From Octopus sinensis (taxonomy: Eukaryota): a stretch of 64,000 nucleotides of DNA. Positions 51,050 to 64,000 of this stretch are shown piece by piece (the first letter of the stretch is position 1; each line of letters opens with the position of its first letter). The position numbers and the translations under genes are program-made. The notes under the pieces were generated by a model. That model ran no database searches. It was not told where the DNA came from and saw only the letters and a list, made by a program, of their open reading frames with translations. The stretch covers positions 194,432,001 through 194,496,000 of the forward strand of contig NC_042998.1 in assembly GCF_006345805.1 (NCBI RefSeq), read 5' to 3'.

Positions 51050-51930
51050 AAATCTTCTAATGGAAAGATGTACATATTTATGTGGACAAATGGAACGGTG
51101 ACGAGTGGGCACAAACTAAGGGTTCAGTCTGAATAGTCTTTTGTATTGCGAATCGATCCCTCATTTCTGAAATCAATCTAAATACATTTCATCCAGGTTG
51201 TCGGCTTCCGGGCGAGAGAGCAACAAAAAAAAACATATCATCACAAAGTACTGCAAGAAAATCTAGCAAAGGAAAAGGAGAGAGAATTTGAAATATAAAT
51301 ACCTTGTATAAGAGACATGGCTGTAAGCCAGCGGCTTATTTATGTATTGAATAACATCTGCCTAGCATGACATATTACCATTGCAATGTAAGCAACTGAT
51401 AACATTAAGATGGAAAAAAATGGCGTAGCGACCGATTATGAAATTTCATGAATTACACCTTTATGGTAGATCGTAAGAGGAATAATCGAATCGCAGAAGA
51501 AATACTAAAGGGCAGCTAAATAATTATTACAAAGCTACATCTTGAATTGATGCCGTCACGTGAAATTTCGAAGGCTGACTTTCATTACGTCATTGCTGTT
51601 TGTTACGAAAATTTCGAATTTTTCACTTCATTGATCCGTCCCCAACAAAAACTTTTATGTCGGTTATGGGATTCCGTAAAAATATGGCCATTATTTTATT
51701 CTTCCAAGTCAGATTTATCAACTTCCGGTCAAAGCTTTACTGAATTGGAGTCCAACATTTATGTTGTGTCTGCTATTTTATTATTGATTTACCGGTCTAA
51801 TATGTCGGTAGTTATTTCGGGAGTTTACCAAACTATTTACTTTGCATTTTTATGCAATTTTATTTCTCATAAATAAACATTTAATAAATTAATAACATTT
51901 TCGAATATGTAATGGCGTTCCCGCTTCAAG
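51050..51930. promoter_or_regulatory. Candidate CpG-retaining promoter
   Basis: YY1-like aaaatggcg at 51417, E-box gtcacgtga at 51555, bZIP-like ttacgtca at 51585 and ETS-like acttccgg at 51721. Confidence 0.4.
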
Positions 51931-51955
51931 GGACGTTACCCTTAAATACACACAC

Positions 51956-51992
<37 letters not shown>

Positions 51993-53264
51993 CATACGTA
52001 TATATATTTATGTTCATATATGTGTGTGTGTGTAATATACATGTATGGCAGTGTGTTCAAGAGAATGGTTCAATTATGTGGTTCTAGGTTCCATCCTGCT
52101 GCCGTATAACTTGACCACTGCTTTGTGGGCGACAGAAACTTATATACGTATGTGTGTGTGTGTATCGCTGTAAAATTGGTGCGTCAAACAAATGTTTCGT
52201 CGAATAGATAAGGAATTACGTCCCTTAACGTCAAGCGGTCATCTGGACGTTCGATTAAAAGTAATCGATTAGTAATACCAGACGTAGACTGGAAATCGAT
52301 ATGATCAAAAACATAAAGATGTTGCCCCCCAACATGTCCACAATCCAACAAATAGAGCTACGCGAAGAATAGATCAATACTTATCCCTTAATAAAGGTTT
52401 AAAATACAACTAGCGCATTCAGCACAACACGCTATATAAAAATAGGAAATTTCTCTTGCCCATTATTGAATGTGTGTTTTCCTCCAATCAGTTTAGTTCG
52501 AACAATACACATTTTTCAGATGTAAACACTTGTTACTAAGAGAAACAGCAAATACAAGAGATTTTCTACGTAGTCATTCGATCTACAAGAAATAGCAATC
52601 AAAATACCCTCGTATCACGCCGTATCGTCCTTAAAAAAGGAACTACACTAAATAATGTAATCGAAGGCACGCTGTCTCGAAGGCACGCTGTCTCGAGATT
52701 TTCGTAATTGAGATATCTTTCTCATAGGCCTCTTGTTCGATCATGGCTGACCTAAGGCTAACAACAAACAATGCACTTTATGTGACGTGTTAAAATATTC
52801 TCCTTACATTGACAACTCGGTGTCTGGTTTTTGTGCTTCATCGTTCCTCTAGCTGAGAGCAAAACATATAAGTATTTTTCACAGCTTGCGCCTATACTTC
52901 GTTACCGATTCAATTGATGGTGGATAAAAAAGTCTTCCCGTCATCCATTTCACACTCAACCTTACGAAATTATCTGATTGTGTTAGTGTGACGTCCACAC
53001 AATTCAACACCACGTATGAAAGCGGCCAAAGTACCGAATGAAAGTAGTAACGCAGAGTGATTTGTTGTTACAAAATCCATTTTCTCTAATACGCGATACT
53101 TATTATGTTGTGTTAACTGTTCCAAATATATATAAAAAAAAAAAATTCATCTTTAGACGAGAAGTCACTCTCGAAACGTCAATTTCCTATTGTTTTATTT
53201 TTTCCACGAATTTCCAATAGTTCCGTGAGTTTACTCAGGTATTTTTGTGGAATGGTATATAATA

Positions 53265-53289
53265 AATAATAATGATGATGATGATGATG

Positions 53290-53340
<51 letters not shown>
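53265..53340. repeat. (TAA)n/(TGA)n microsatellite
   Basis: Direct inspection. Confidence 0.95.
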
Positions 53341-53341
<1 letters not shown>

Positions 53342-53624
53342 TGAAATTATTGTATACAGTGCTCAGGTGCACCACAACTTGTCAAAAGTGTGTATAAAGT
53401 ATATGCAGTAATGTACAAATGTCTGGAAAGCAAACAGTGTATGAGTCAGATACATGCTTGCGTGTGTATGGTGGGGAGAAAATCTCCCATTTCTGTGGCT
53501 TGAAGGACAGCCACTTTCTCTTCACTTCCAGCAAGGACAGCTGCCGCCACCCAAGCCAGTTCTGTATCAGGTGGGATTGCTTCTACCTTTATCTTGGAAG
53601 TCTTTCTTCCAAGGTATACTCTCT

Positions 53625-54742
<1,118 letters not shown>

Positions 54743-54869
54743 TGTACGGAAGCAAGCTTCTTACCACACAGCTACACCTGTGCCTATATATATATATATA
54801 TCAGCAGCGGCAGTGTTTTATCGTATGTCCAATAATTTATTTGGCTTTTTTTTTATTGCTTCTTCCCCT

Positions 54870-56590
54870 CTGTCCATGTTTATGCCTCTGATGACCAATG
54901 AGGCTGATTCTTGCATGGAACCATCTATTGCAAAGTTCACAAGAGATCCATGGTGGAGGCTTCGGTTATTGCATCCTCCATTTCCTTTCTTGTTGTTTCT
55001 CTGCTTCTTTCCTATGTCGTCATTCAACATCGAAATGGTCTGTCACGGTGGAGATGGAATGATGCCAGCTACGCCTGTCCTGAGCTTCAATGACCCAGGC
55101 CTTGGGATCAATTCCAGTCAGTTTTAGGCTTTGCTTCAGCTGGTCCTTGTATCAACAGAGGGGACAACCACAGAGGTGGAAAGTTCACCATATAAAATGT
55201 GATTAGGCAGCCTGGTTTCTTTCATTCTTGCTACGTGGCCTTCCCATCTCAGATGATGTTTCAGGGTGGTGGCTGCTGCTTTTCATTCTTTCCAAAACAC
55301 AGACATCAGTCACATATGTTTCTTTATTACCCACAAGAGGCTAAACACAGAGAGGACAAACAAGGACAGACAAACGAATTAAGTCGATTACATCGACCCC
55401 AGTGCATAACTGGTACTTAATTTATCGGCCCCGAAAGGATGAAAGGCAAAGTCGACCTTGGCAGAATTTGAACTCAGAACGTAACAGCAGACGAAATACG
55501 GCTATGCATTTCACCTGGCATGCTAACAGTTCTGCCAGCTTGCCTATGTGACTGATGTCACGTAGTCACTCCATTTGATATTCAAAATAGAGTGACGCTT
55601 CTGTTGGTGAGATCGCTTTAGTTTCTTGACATCACTTCAGTAAGGAGTTCAGGTTTCAGAACTGTAGAGGAGAGCAGACATCACAACTGCTTAGTAGACA
55701 TTCAATTTTTTTTTTGTGTGGTTCAGATATTTGTTCTTAAAGACTCTTTTTACGAGTCCACCAAATGCAATGTGAGCCGCTCTTAATCGGTTCTCCATGT
55801 CATTTTCCAATGTGCACTTATTCAAAAGAAAACTTCCTAAGTATGAAAAGCGGTTGACTTTCTCCAGCGGCATCTCTGAGATAGTAATGTTGAGATCTGG
55901 AGTTTCCTGACTCAGAATGGGTTGAGCCAGAATTTTTGTCTTTTTAATGTTGACTTTTAGTCCAGACCATGTGTAAGCATTGGTGAAGTTATTCACCGAT
56001 TGTTGAAGCTGTCCACTGCAGTGGAAAACAGCTGTGTTGTCATCAGCACACTAAAGTTCAGTGATCTTTTGCTTCTTGGTCAGTTTTCATGACTTCAATC
56101 TGCATGGTTGAAGCATCCCTCACTGTTGACTCCTGGATTGTCTGAAGGCAGTTCATGAAACATTGCTGCAAGGTACAGGGAGAAGAGTGGCAGGGCCAAA
56201 ACGAATGCATCCTTGTTTTAATCCTCCAGTGATGGGGAAGTCTTCAGACAATTGGTTTTGATGGAAGATGGTTCCAATCATACCGTCATGTGCTCCCTGT
56301 ACTGAGGAAATGAACTGATCAGGGCAGTGAAAGCATTGACGGACCTTCCACATTGCAGGCCTTGGGATGGTATCAAAAGCCTTTTTGAGGTCATAGAAAA
56401 CAAAATAGAGAGGTTTTTGTTGTTCTCTACTCTTTTCTTGTATTTGTTGAGCACAAAACATCATGTCAGTTGTCCCTCTGGATGGTTGAAATCCACATTG
56501 TGATTCGGGTAGGTCTTTCTCCACAGTGATTTGGAGACAATCCAGAAGGAGCCTTGCAAAGATTTTCCCTGCTGTGGAGAGCAGTGAGAG
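54870..56590 (-). mobile_element. RTE (BovB-like) LINE, decayed, with nested SINE
   Basis: PESQCGFQPSRGTTD, DLKKAFD, GLKQGC, FSYLGS and a C-terminal CELCNRWF...GHQRH zinc finger; family C SINE at 55320-55545. Confidence 0.88.
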
Positions 56591-56995
56591 GGAATTATTC
56601 TTTATTCAATATTTGCAACAAGAAAAGACTGTAACAGTAACATAGTACTGCCAGGAAACTGATTGTATGCATGAGAATTTGAAAAAGAAGCAACCCAGAC
56701 TAGTGAATAGAGATGGCCCAATTTTGCTCCACCACAATGTACGTCCTCACACTCCTCAAGCTATGGTCCAAAAGTTGCAAAGCCTGAATTATGAGATTTT
56801 TGCAACATCCTCTCCATTCTTCTCATATCTCTACTACTGATCATCAATTATTTAAGCATTTTGAGCTTTTCATAAGCAATAAAACATTCTTAAATAGAGA
56901 AGAAGTAATTGAAGCATTCGGACAGTTTATCACAGCAAAAGATAAAATTTTTTTAACAATGGAATATATGACGTAGAGAAATGTTGGGTAAACAT
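56590..56995 (+). mobile_element. Mariner transposase C-terminal fragment
   Basis: ILLHHNVRPH...LQHPLHSSHISTTDHQLFKHF, a decayed HDNARPH/YSPDLAPSD region. Confidence 0.8.
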
Positions 56996-57445
56996 CATAA
57001 AAGGCTGCACCAAGCTCCAGTCTAATTTGGATGCCCTTCCTAACACCAACTACTTTGAGAGTGTAACGGGTGCTTTTACATGCCACTGACATGGGTGCCA
57101 TTTGCATGACACCAGTATATGCCATGACTCTGATTTATTTGGCTTCATCATCATCATTGTTCGACTGTGGTCGAGACAATGGACTTTACTATGCTTCACG
57201 GTCCATCATAGCATTACGGAGGTCCTGTTGCTGGATGCCTGTATCCCTGGCGGCAGTGATACTTGATTGCCCAGGAGCTTTCCTTGTCTTCAAATCCTTA
57301 ATTGTCTTATCTATTATGCTGCTTTCAACTCTGATGGCTGGTCCCTCAATTGGTTCAATATTTGGTAGATTCTCCTTCTCCCATTCGTTTTCCACATTTA
57401 GTAACCTTCCATGCATCTTTCTTCTCTTTATATATATGTGTTTAT

Positions 57446-57478
<33 letters not shown>

Positions 57479-57567
57479 CATATATATACAAGTCCATTTC
57501 TTTTTAAAGGTGTAGCGTTTGTAAGAGTATAGATTGAATTGATATATCAGTTCCATTCTAACAAAAA

Positions 57568-57605
57568 CTGTCTGATGAACGGCAACGAGAAACTCAGAGT
57601 AACAG
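57568..57605 (+). ncRNA. Minimal type I hammerhead motif
   Basis: ctgt CTGATGA a-cg-gcaa-cg-a GAAA ctcagag TA acag; the first stem II pair is an A.A mismatch. Confidence 0.7.
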
Positions 57606-58273
57606 ATTTTGTTGAATTTTCTGCTGCTTAAAATAAAGCATATTACTCTACCACTGGTATTTGAGTACTCTTTTTTCCACCTTGTTTCACATTTATGTGT
57701 TTACTCCGGTGTACATATATATATATAGATGAAAAGTGGTTAGGAGTCCATACAAATCAAAAATTATAATTAAAAAGTAAATAAAATTGGAAAAGGCACA
57801 GAAGTATATTTTAGAGAATGTTTAATAAAATATAACCAGTTTCGATGTAACCATCTTTTCAAATATTAGAAATATTAGAAAGAATTTTGTGAGGAGCCAG
57901 AGAGAAAAACCATTGGGGGATGAGGGGGGAGGGGTAACAATTTAAACCCTGAACAGGTTATCATCTAGGAACTCCCAGTTGTTATTTATGGTATAAGTCT
58001 CTAATTTGTCTTCCTGGCACTTATATGCATCAATTAGGGCTTCTCTAAACCTATGCCTAACTGCAGGTTTTTTTAGTTTCCATGTTTTTCTTTTCTATGT
58101 CATCTTTCATCACTGAGTCTATGGATTTCTTTTAACTTCTGTCTACCAAATATACTCACAAAGCTTTGGTTAACCTGGGGCCATAGTAGAAGACACTTCT
58201 CTAACATGTCACATAGTGTGACTGAACTAGAAACCACATAGTTGGAAGGCAAATTTCTTAATGACAATATATA

Positions 58274-58310
<37 letters not shown>

Positions 58311-58314
<4 letters not shown>

Positions 58315-58490
58315 TCATCATCATCATTTAGCGTCCGTTTTCCATGCTAGTATGGGTTGGACGGTTCAACTGGGGTCTGTGAAGCCGGAAGGCTGCATCA
58401 GGCCCAGTCAGATCTGGCAGTGTTTCTACGGCCGGATGCCCTTCCTAACGCCAACCACCCCGTGAGTGTAGTGGGTGCTTTTTACGTGCG
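58311..58490 (-). mobile_element. Family A element (truncated)
   Basis: Body and tail. Confidence 0.85.
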
Positions 58491-58514
58491 ATATATATAT
58501 ATATATTTATATAT

Positions 58515-58553
<39 letters not shown>

Positions 58554-58670
58554 TAGATATATACATATATACATATGCTTTATTATTATTAAAGATGCAA
58601 AAATATCACAAAAATATCACACTTAGAGTTTTATGTTCCTGTTTGTCGGACAGTTAACATTCTCAATCTA

Positions 58671-58710
58671 AACTCCGATGAGCAGGAATGTGAAAGTCTG
58701 AGTAGCAGTT
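58671..58710 (+). ncRNA. Decayed hammerhead motif inside an inverted repeat
   Basis: aact CCGATGA gca-ggaa-tgt GAAA gtctgag TA gcagtt; downstream sequence homologous to 57630-57715. Confidence 0.5.
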
Positions 58711-59018
58711 TTTTGTGATATTTTTGTGAAAGTTTTTGCAGCTTTAATAATAATAAAGCATATTACTCTGCCTCTGGTATGCGAGTACTATTTTTTCCCA
58801 CCTTGCTTCACATTTCTGTGCTTATTTTGGTATATATATATTTATATATATATATTATATAATTAAGGGTTAAACAACAAGTTGCTTCACTACTTACCGA
58901 AAATTTAGAAATAGCAGCCAAAGACAGCTCATTCCTTTTTACTACAGATACGGCTCCACAGATAACGACATACACACACACACACACATACACATACATA
59001 CATACATATATATGTATT

Positions 59019-59057
<39 letters not shown>

Positions 59058-59556
59058 GTATGTATGTATGTGTGTGTATGTATATGCGTATGTATGTACA
59101 TATTTATGTATGTAATTTAAATGTTTTACAAAAAATACCTGATACAGTTATAATATTTAAAGAAGATTTTATGATTAACTACTTAAAAATTTTATTTCAA
59201 AAAATGGAATACCATAAACCACTGGGAAGAAGTTTTTGTAGAGATGTGTATTTTGTGGGTCAGCACTTTCATTGTTCAACTTTTCCAACACACATGTTCT
59301 GGGCTAATGCATAAAGAAGTTGTTTTTAGTCATGGTGTTGACTTTTTTCAGTTTAGGTTTGGATTTAGAATGCTTATAAAGTATTCTTTTTTTGCCTTTC
59401 ATTCTTGATCAGTTTCATTTTTTATTTTGTAAAAAGGGAATATTTTGAATTTTTCATTTCCATAAATGTGTAGATGTTTACTGCCTGGAACATTTTTAGA
59501 GATGAATCTTTAATTTGCTGTTTGTGCACACTCACATTGTTGGTTAGTTTTGTTCC

Positions 59557-60562
59557 TGTAAGGAATACGGCCGTACGTAAGGAGTTGGTGACAAATGTCT
59601 CCTTTTGAATGCTGCACGGTCGCCCCTAACAAAATATGAAGCCAGATACATGACATAAAATACAGTGCCAAAAGGAATAAATGAAGGACGACAACCGTTC
59701 TACTGTTTGAGAGAGAAGAAGACTTTATTTACAAGTGTACAAAGGTGAAGTATGTGAGTGCTAGCAAGGTGTTGTGTCTGTGTGTATGCGACAAGTGTTT
59801 GTGTCTGTGTGTTCATGTGTGCGACAGAAAGGTGAATATGTACACAACAGAATACAGAGCATAAGATGAATGTCTTAGCATATTGAGTTAAGATGGAATT
59901 TGTTTACCAGTTTGTAAGTGAAGTACACGATAGCAAGTTCTATAACAAGATGTTGGAGGTCATGTGGCAGAATGCCGGTTACTACATGTGCAGAAGTTTT
60001 GGCTTCAATGCCATGCCGAGTCTCTTGATACAGAAAGTTCTTTAGGTAGACTGTAACTGTTTTTCCTTGGTGAAATATTCACAAACAGCGTGAGTTTAGA
60101 CCTGGACGATGTTGATGTGTACATATTGCTGAAATCGACGGAGATGGGGGATACGCAGAGTTGAAGGACAAAGATGGTGATGGTCATGGCAGAGGGAAAC
60201 GACATTGAGATGAAGGCGATGGAGATGTAGAATGTCCTGTCTGTCGCTGGTGTATAATAGCGTCTTCCTGGGGCTGGAGTAAGAGCATGGTTGGCTGACT
60301 GGTTGTCTGTCGTTAGAACTGGAACATGGCTGAGTAGCTCTGTGGTCAGTGACTAGACCTTAGACTGTCTAAAGCCAAAAGATCAGGAATAGTGAACGCT
60401 GGTGCCTTATAAAGCCTGTGGTAGGCTGAAATGAAGGATCAGAAAAACAGTGTCACGAGACCTTATCCAAAGCCCGTGATTGGTTGGCTTACACACTGGC
60501 GCAAAATAAGTCGAAAGACAAACTGCGCCAAATGCCAACCAATCAGAGCAGTGGACACAACA
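59557..60562 (-). mobile_element. Possible solo LTR
   Basis: TG...CA ends and CCAAT boxes, then a TATA-like site, then AATAAA in order on the minus strand; no TSD found. Confidence 0.35.
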
Positions 60563-61046
60563 GGGTCAAACTAGCCAAAGATGGTTGTAATCTCAAATGA
60601 GATCATTCCTAATGTATCTCTCAAACAGTGAGGATATCAATTACGCTACATTCCTATTTCTCCAATGTAATTCTTTTTGCATTGTGGGCATATGAGGCAA
60701 TAGATAAGATTTTTTTATTTTGCAATTCATGTTTGCATTGACTTTTAATAATTTCTCATTCTTGAATATTTTGGTTATTCCTTGTTCAATTATTCCACAT
60801 GTTCTATTACAAAGTCTCTACAGTTCATTATCTGCATTATTTCTTTCCCTGAGAAGAATGTTGCCTACGTTAGGAGTCTTTTGAGATTTGGCAGTTGTCT
60901 TCAACCATTGATGATTTGTGACTCTTCAATAATTTGTTGCAGATTCGATAAATACAATGTAGAATTGGGAGGTATCATTTGGCCAAATATAGGATGTTGT
61001 GGTTCCTAGGATTATGAGTGACTACAAATGGGATATTTATATTTGT

Positions 61047-61728
61047 GTGCTTGAGAAGACCCGGCAAGCCAAATGAGACCATAACTTTGTGGCCTATGCC
61101 AGGAGCGTAACCAGCCCACGTATGTGTACCTTTTCCTTCTTTGGACACTAAACTCTGCTTGCAAAGACCTATCGAGGCAAGTGAAATCAAATTCGATGAT
61201 TAGCATCCGTGCTAGCGGGGTGCAAAGAGCACCATACGAGTGTGATCATTGACAGAGCGGCTAACCGGCTTTCATGCCAGTGGCACATAAACGGCACCAT
61301 TCGAGTGTGATTGTTACCAGCGTTGCCTTGCTGGCACTTGTGCCCGTGCTAGTAGGGTGCCAAGAGCACCATCTGAGCATGATTGTCGCTAGAGCGGCTA
61401 ACTGGCTTCCATGCCAATGGCATGTAAAACGGCACCATTTAAGTGTGATTGTTACCAGCATTGCCTTATAGGCACCTGTGCTGGGGGTATGAGTAAAAAG
61501 ATTCGAGCGTGGCCGTTGCCAGTACCGCCTGACTGGCCCCTGTGCCAGGGGCATTTAAAAGCACCCACTACACTCTCGGAGTGGTTGGTGTTAGGAAGGG
61601 CATCCAGCTGTAGAAACTCTGCCAGATCAAGACTGGAGCCTGGTGCAGCCATCTGGTTCGCCAGCCCTCAGTCAAATCATCCAACACATGCTAGCATAGA
61701 AGGCGGACGTTAAATGACGATGATGATG
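61047..61728 (+). mobile_element. Apparently full-length family A-related element with 58-bp flanking duplication
   Basis: Direct repeat 60989-61046 / 61729-61786; internal duplication of about 128 bp; (GAT)n tail. Confidence 0.9.
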
Positions 61729-61967
61729 ATAGGATGTTGCGGTTCCTAGGATTATGAGTGACTACAAATGGGATATTTATATTTGTATATTTGATTTCAC
61801 CTTCAGTGGGAATGTTTCCTCATAAGGCTGATATTGGGATTTCTTTTGCTTTGGTTACAGCATGATTTATTGGGTTTTTCAGGTATTTCTATTTTTGAAG
61901 GGAAATGTTTAATTTTACCAGTGATTTCTCACAGCGGTTTGTTGAGCATATACATCTTGCCCTATTG

Positions 61968-62197
61968 GGTGGCGAGCTGGCAGAAACGTTAGCACGCCGG
62001 GCGAAATGCGTAGCCGTATTTCGTCTGCCGTTACGTTCTGAGTTCAAATTCCGCCGAAGTCGACTTTGCCTTTCATTCTTTCTGGGTCGATAAATAAAGT
62101 ACCAGTTACGCACTGGGGTCGATGTAATCGACTTAATCTCTTTGTCTGTCCTTGTTTGTCCCCTCTATGTTTAGCCCCTTGTGGGCAATAAAGAAAT
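61968..62197 (+). mobile_element. SINE family C with 20-bp TSD
   Basis: atatacatcttgccctattg at 61948-61967 and 62198-62217. Confidence 0.95.
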
Positions 62198-63296
62198 ATA
62201 TACATCTTGCCCTATTGAATGGTATGTTCCTTTTTGCATGGGAAGAGTGACAAGATCTAAACTTTAAATATTGGCGCGTGTCTGTATCATTGCAGTAGAG
62301 GTCAGTTGTAACTGACTCCTTTTCTTTAATTATCAAAATGTCTAGAAATGGAAGTTCCCCTTCATTTATTTCCAAAATAAACTGGGATGATTCATGAAGG
62401 CTATTTATTGATTTAAGGAGTTTGCAAGGTACTCCTTACTTTTGTTCTGAAAGTGAGGAGGACTTTTTGTAGTCACTCTTAATCCTAACAATTCCTCCCA
62501 ATTCTGCATCAATCACCCCCTCCACATCTTCTCCACCACAGCTCTTTCTCTGCTCTCAATATCACTTTTCTCTCTAGCTATCTAGAACCATCTCATTTGT
62601 TAGCCTTTCTTCATCTATTAATATTGTTCTCCACACCCATCTGTTACAGTGGCCATTGCATCCGCATCCTCTCTGGACCACTCTGCCTGTCTATCTCTAT
62701 GCAGCCTATCCAAACATATCATCTCTTTTCTTCCCCTGTCAACAGTGTCATCATCACTACCCTGATGCTAGCATACCTCTAGCCCCTCCCCAATTCAGGC
62801 ATATCCCTTCCCCTCACCCCTTTTCAATCTTTACAGATGTTGCCTACCTTCTTCCCTCTTTATCACTTTCACTATCTTTTCACCCACACACTCTTACACC
62901 TACCTGAGATGCCACCTGAACACTTCATCACCACTATCTATCTTTTTGGAGGTACCATCTATTCATTCTCACTTACTCTCTCTTAAATATTATCAACCAT
63001 GTAGCTCCCCCATGAGAACCAGCTCTACCTCAACCTCTTCTCTCATACCTTAAACCTCATCTACCACAAGGACACAACATCCCGTCTTTTCAGGCTTTGT
63101 AGGCTTGCAAGCTACATGATGGCTTCAATAGTGCTGGTGGCATAAAAATAAAAGGCACCTGGTATACACTGTAATGTGGTTGGGTATTACAAAGGGCATC
63201 CAACCACAGAAAACCATGCTAAAGTCAACAATAGAGCACAATGTAGTTCTTGGACTCATTGGATCCTTGTCAAACTCTCCAACCCATGCCAGCATG

Positions 63297-63760
63297 GAAT
63301 CATCATCATTGGTTAATGTCTGTTTTCCATGCTAGCATGGGTTGGACGGTTCGACCAGGGTCTGGGAAGCCAGGAGGCTGCACCAGGCTCCAGTCTGATC
63401 TGGCAGTGTTTCTACAGCTGGATGCCCTTCCAAACGCCAACCACTCCGTGAGTGTAGTGGGTGCTTTTTACGTGCCACCAGCACAGGGGCCAGAGGAGGC
63501 TGGCAACAGCCATGATCAGTTGGTGCTTTTTACATGCCAGTCAAGGCGGCGCTGGCATCGGCCACATTTGGATGGTGCTTTTTACGTGCCACTGGCACAG
63601 GTGCCAGAGGAGGCTGGCAATGACCACAATCGGTTGGTGCTTTTTACGTGCCACCGGCATGGGTATCACAACTACAATTTCCATTTGATTTTTATTTTGG
63701 TGTTGATGTACATGACTCAATAGGTCTCCTCAAGCATAGCAGGTCACCCTATGATGATGA
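63297..63760 (-). mobile_element. Family A element with four modules and 5' segment
   Basis: gtgctttttacgtgcc repeats separated by different module types. Confidence 0.88.
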
Positions 63761-64000
63761 TGAAGATGACAACGATGATGATGATAATATATAGACACTC
63801 ATATGTGTTTGTGTATGTATGTTTGTGTCCACCTTTCTCTCTCTAAGTCATGTAAAAAAAAATTAAATAAAACTGAACACAGAATTTATGGATATTTAAA
63901 AAGAAAAAAGAGAATTATCCAGTGAATTTAGTATTACTTTCGGTAGAGACTTACAAAAGTGAAGACAGTGTTGGGAGATTTTGATAACACTCTGCTGGGA

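Larger units (their letters stand above)
60590..62420 (-). mobile_element. Penelope-like element fragment (RT thumb, linker, GIY-YIG) with two nested insertions
   Basis: LPFLDILI...QYLKFRSCH...KRNIPF, IPFVVTHNPRN, NLKRLLT and NLIYCLICPQCKKNYIGE. Confidence 0.88.

Overview
This is an AT-rich, repeat-dense animal genomic window. It is most likely from an octopod cephalopod, an inference from its SINE families and TA/CA microsatellites. The left half holds a multi-exon minus-strand gene. Six exons (22347-22182, 9116-8665, 6988-6790, 3128-3042, 2486-2371, 2066-1981) chain with matching splice phases and encode a disordered S/T/Q/P-rich protein that I cannot name. Candidate 5' exons and promoters lie at about 33-36 kb and about 51 kb. 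The rest is decayed mobile DNA: RTE, CR1 and Penelope-like retroelements, mariner, hAT/piggyBac/mariner MITEs, a Helitron-type element, several tRNA-headed SINEs and an abundant RTE-tailed modular short element. There is a 100-N assembly gap at 41810-41909. The most notable signals are (i) five type I hammerhead ribozyme motifs, two with complete cores, in Penelope-type inverted/tandem pseudo-LTR contexts; (ii) a same-strand chimera of SINE head, LINE-ORF1-like segment, histone H3 fragment and SINE; (iii) possible alternative first exons that would switch the gene between a membrane-anchored and a soluble N-terminus; and (iv) a short retroelement whose internal repeat modules recombine and expand into minisatellites. 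There is no CRISPR array or prokaryotic system, and most ORFs in the supplied track are repeat-derived artefacts.
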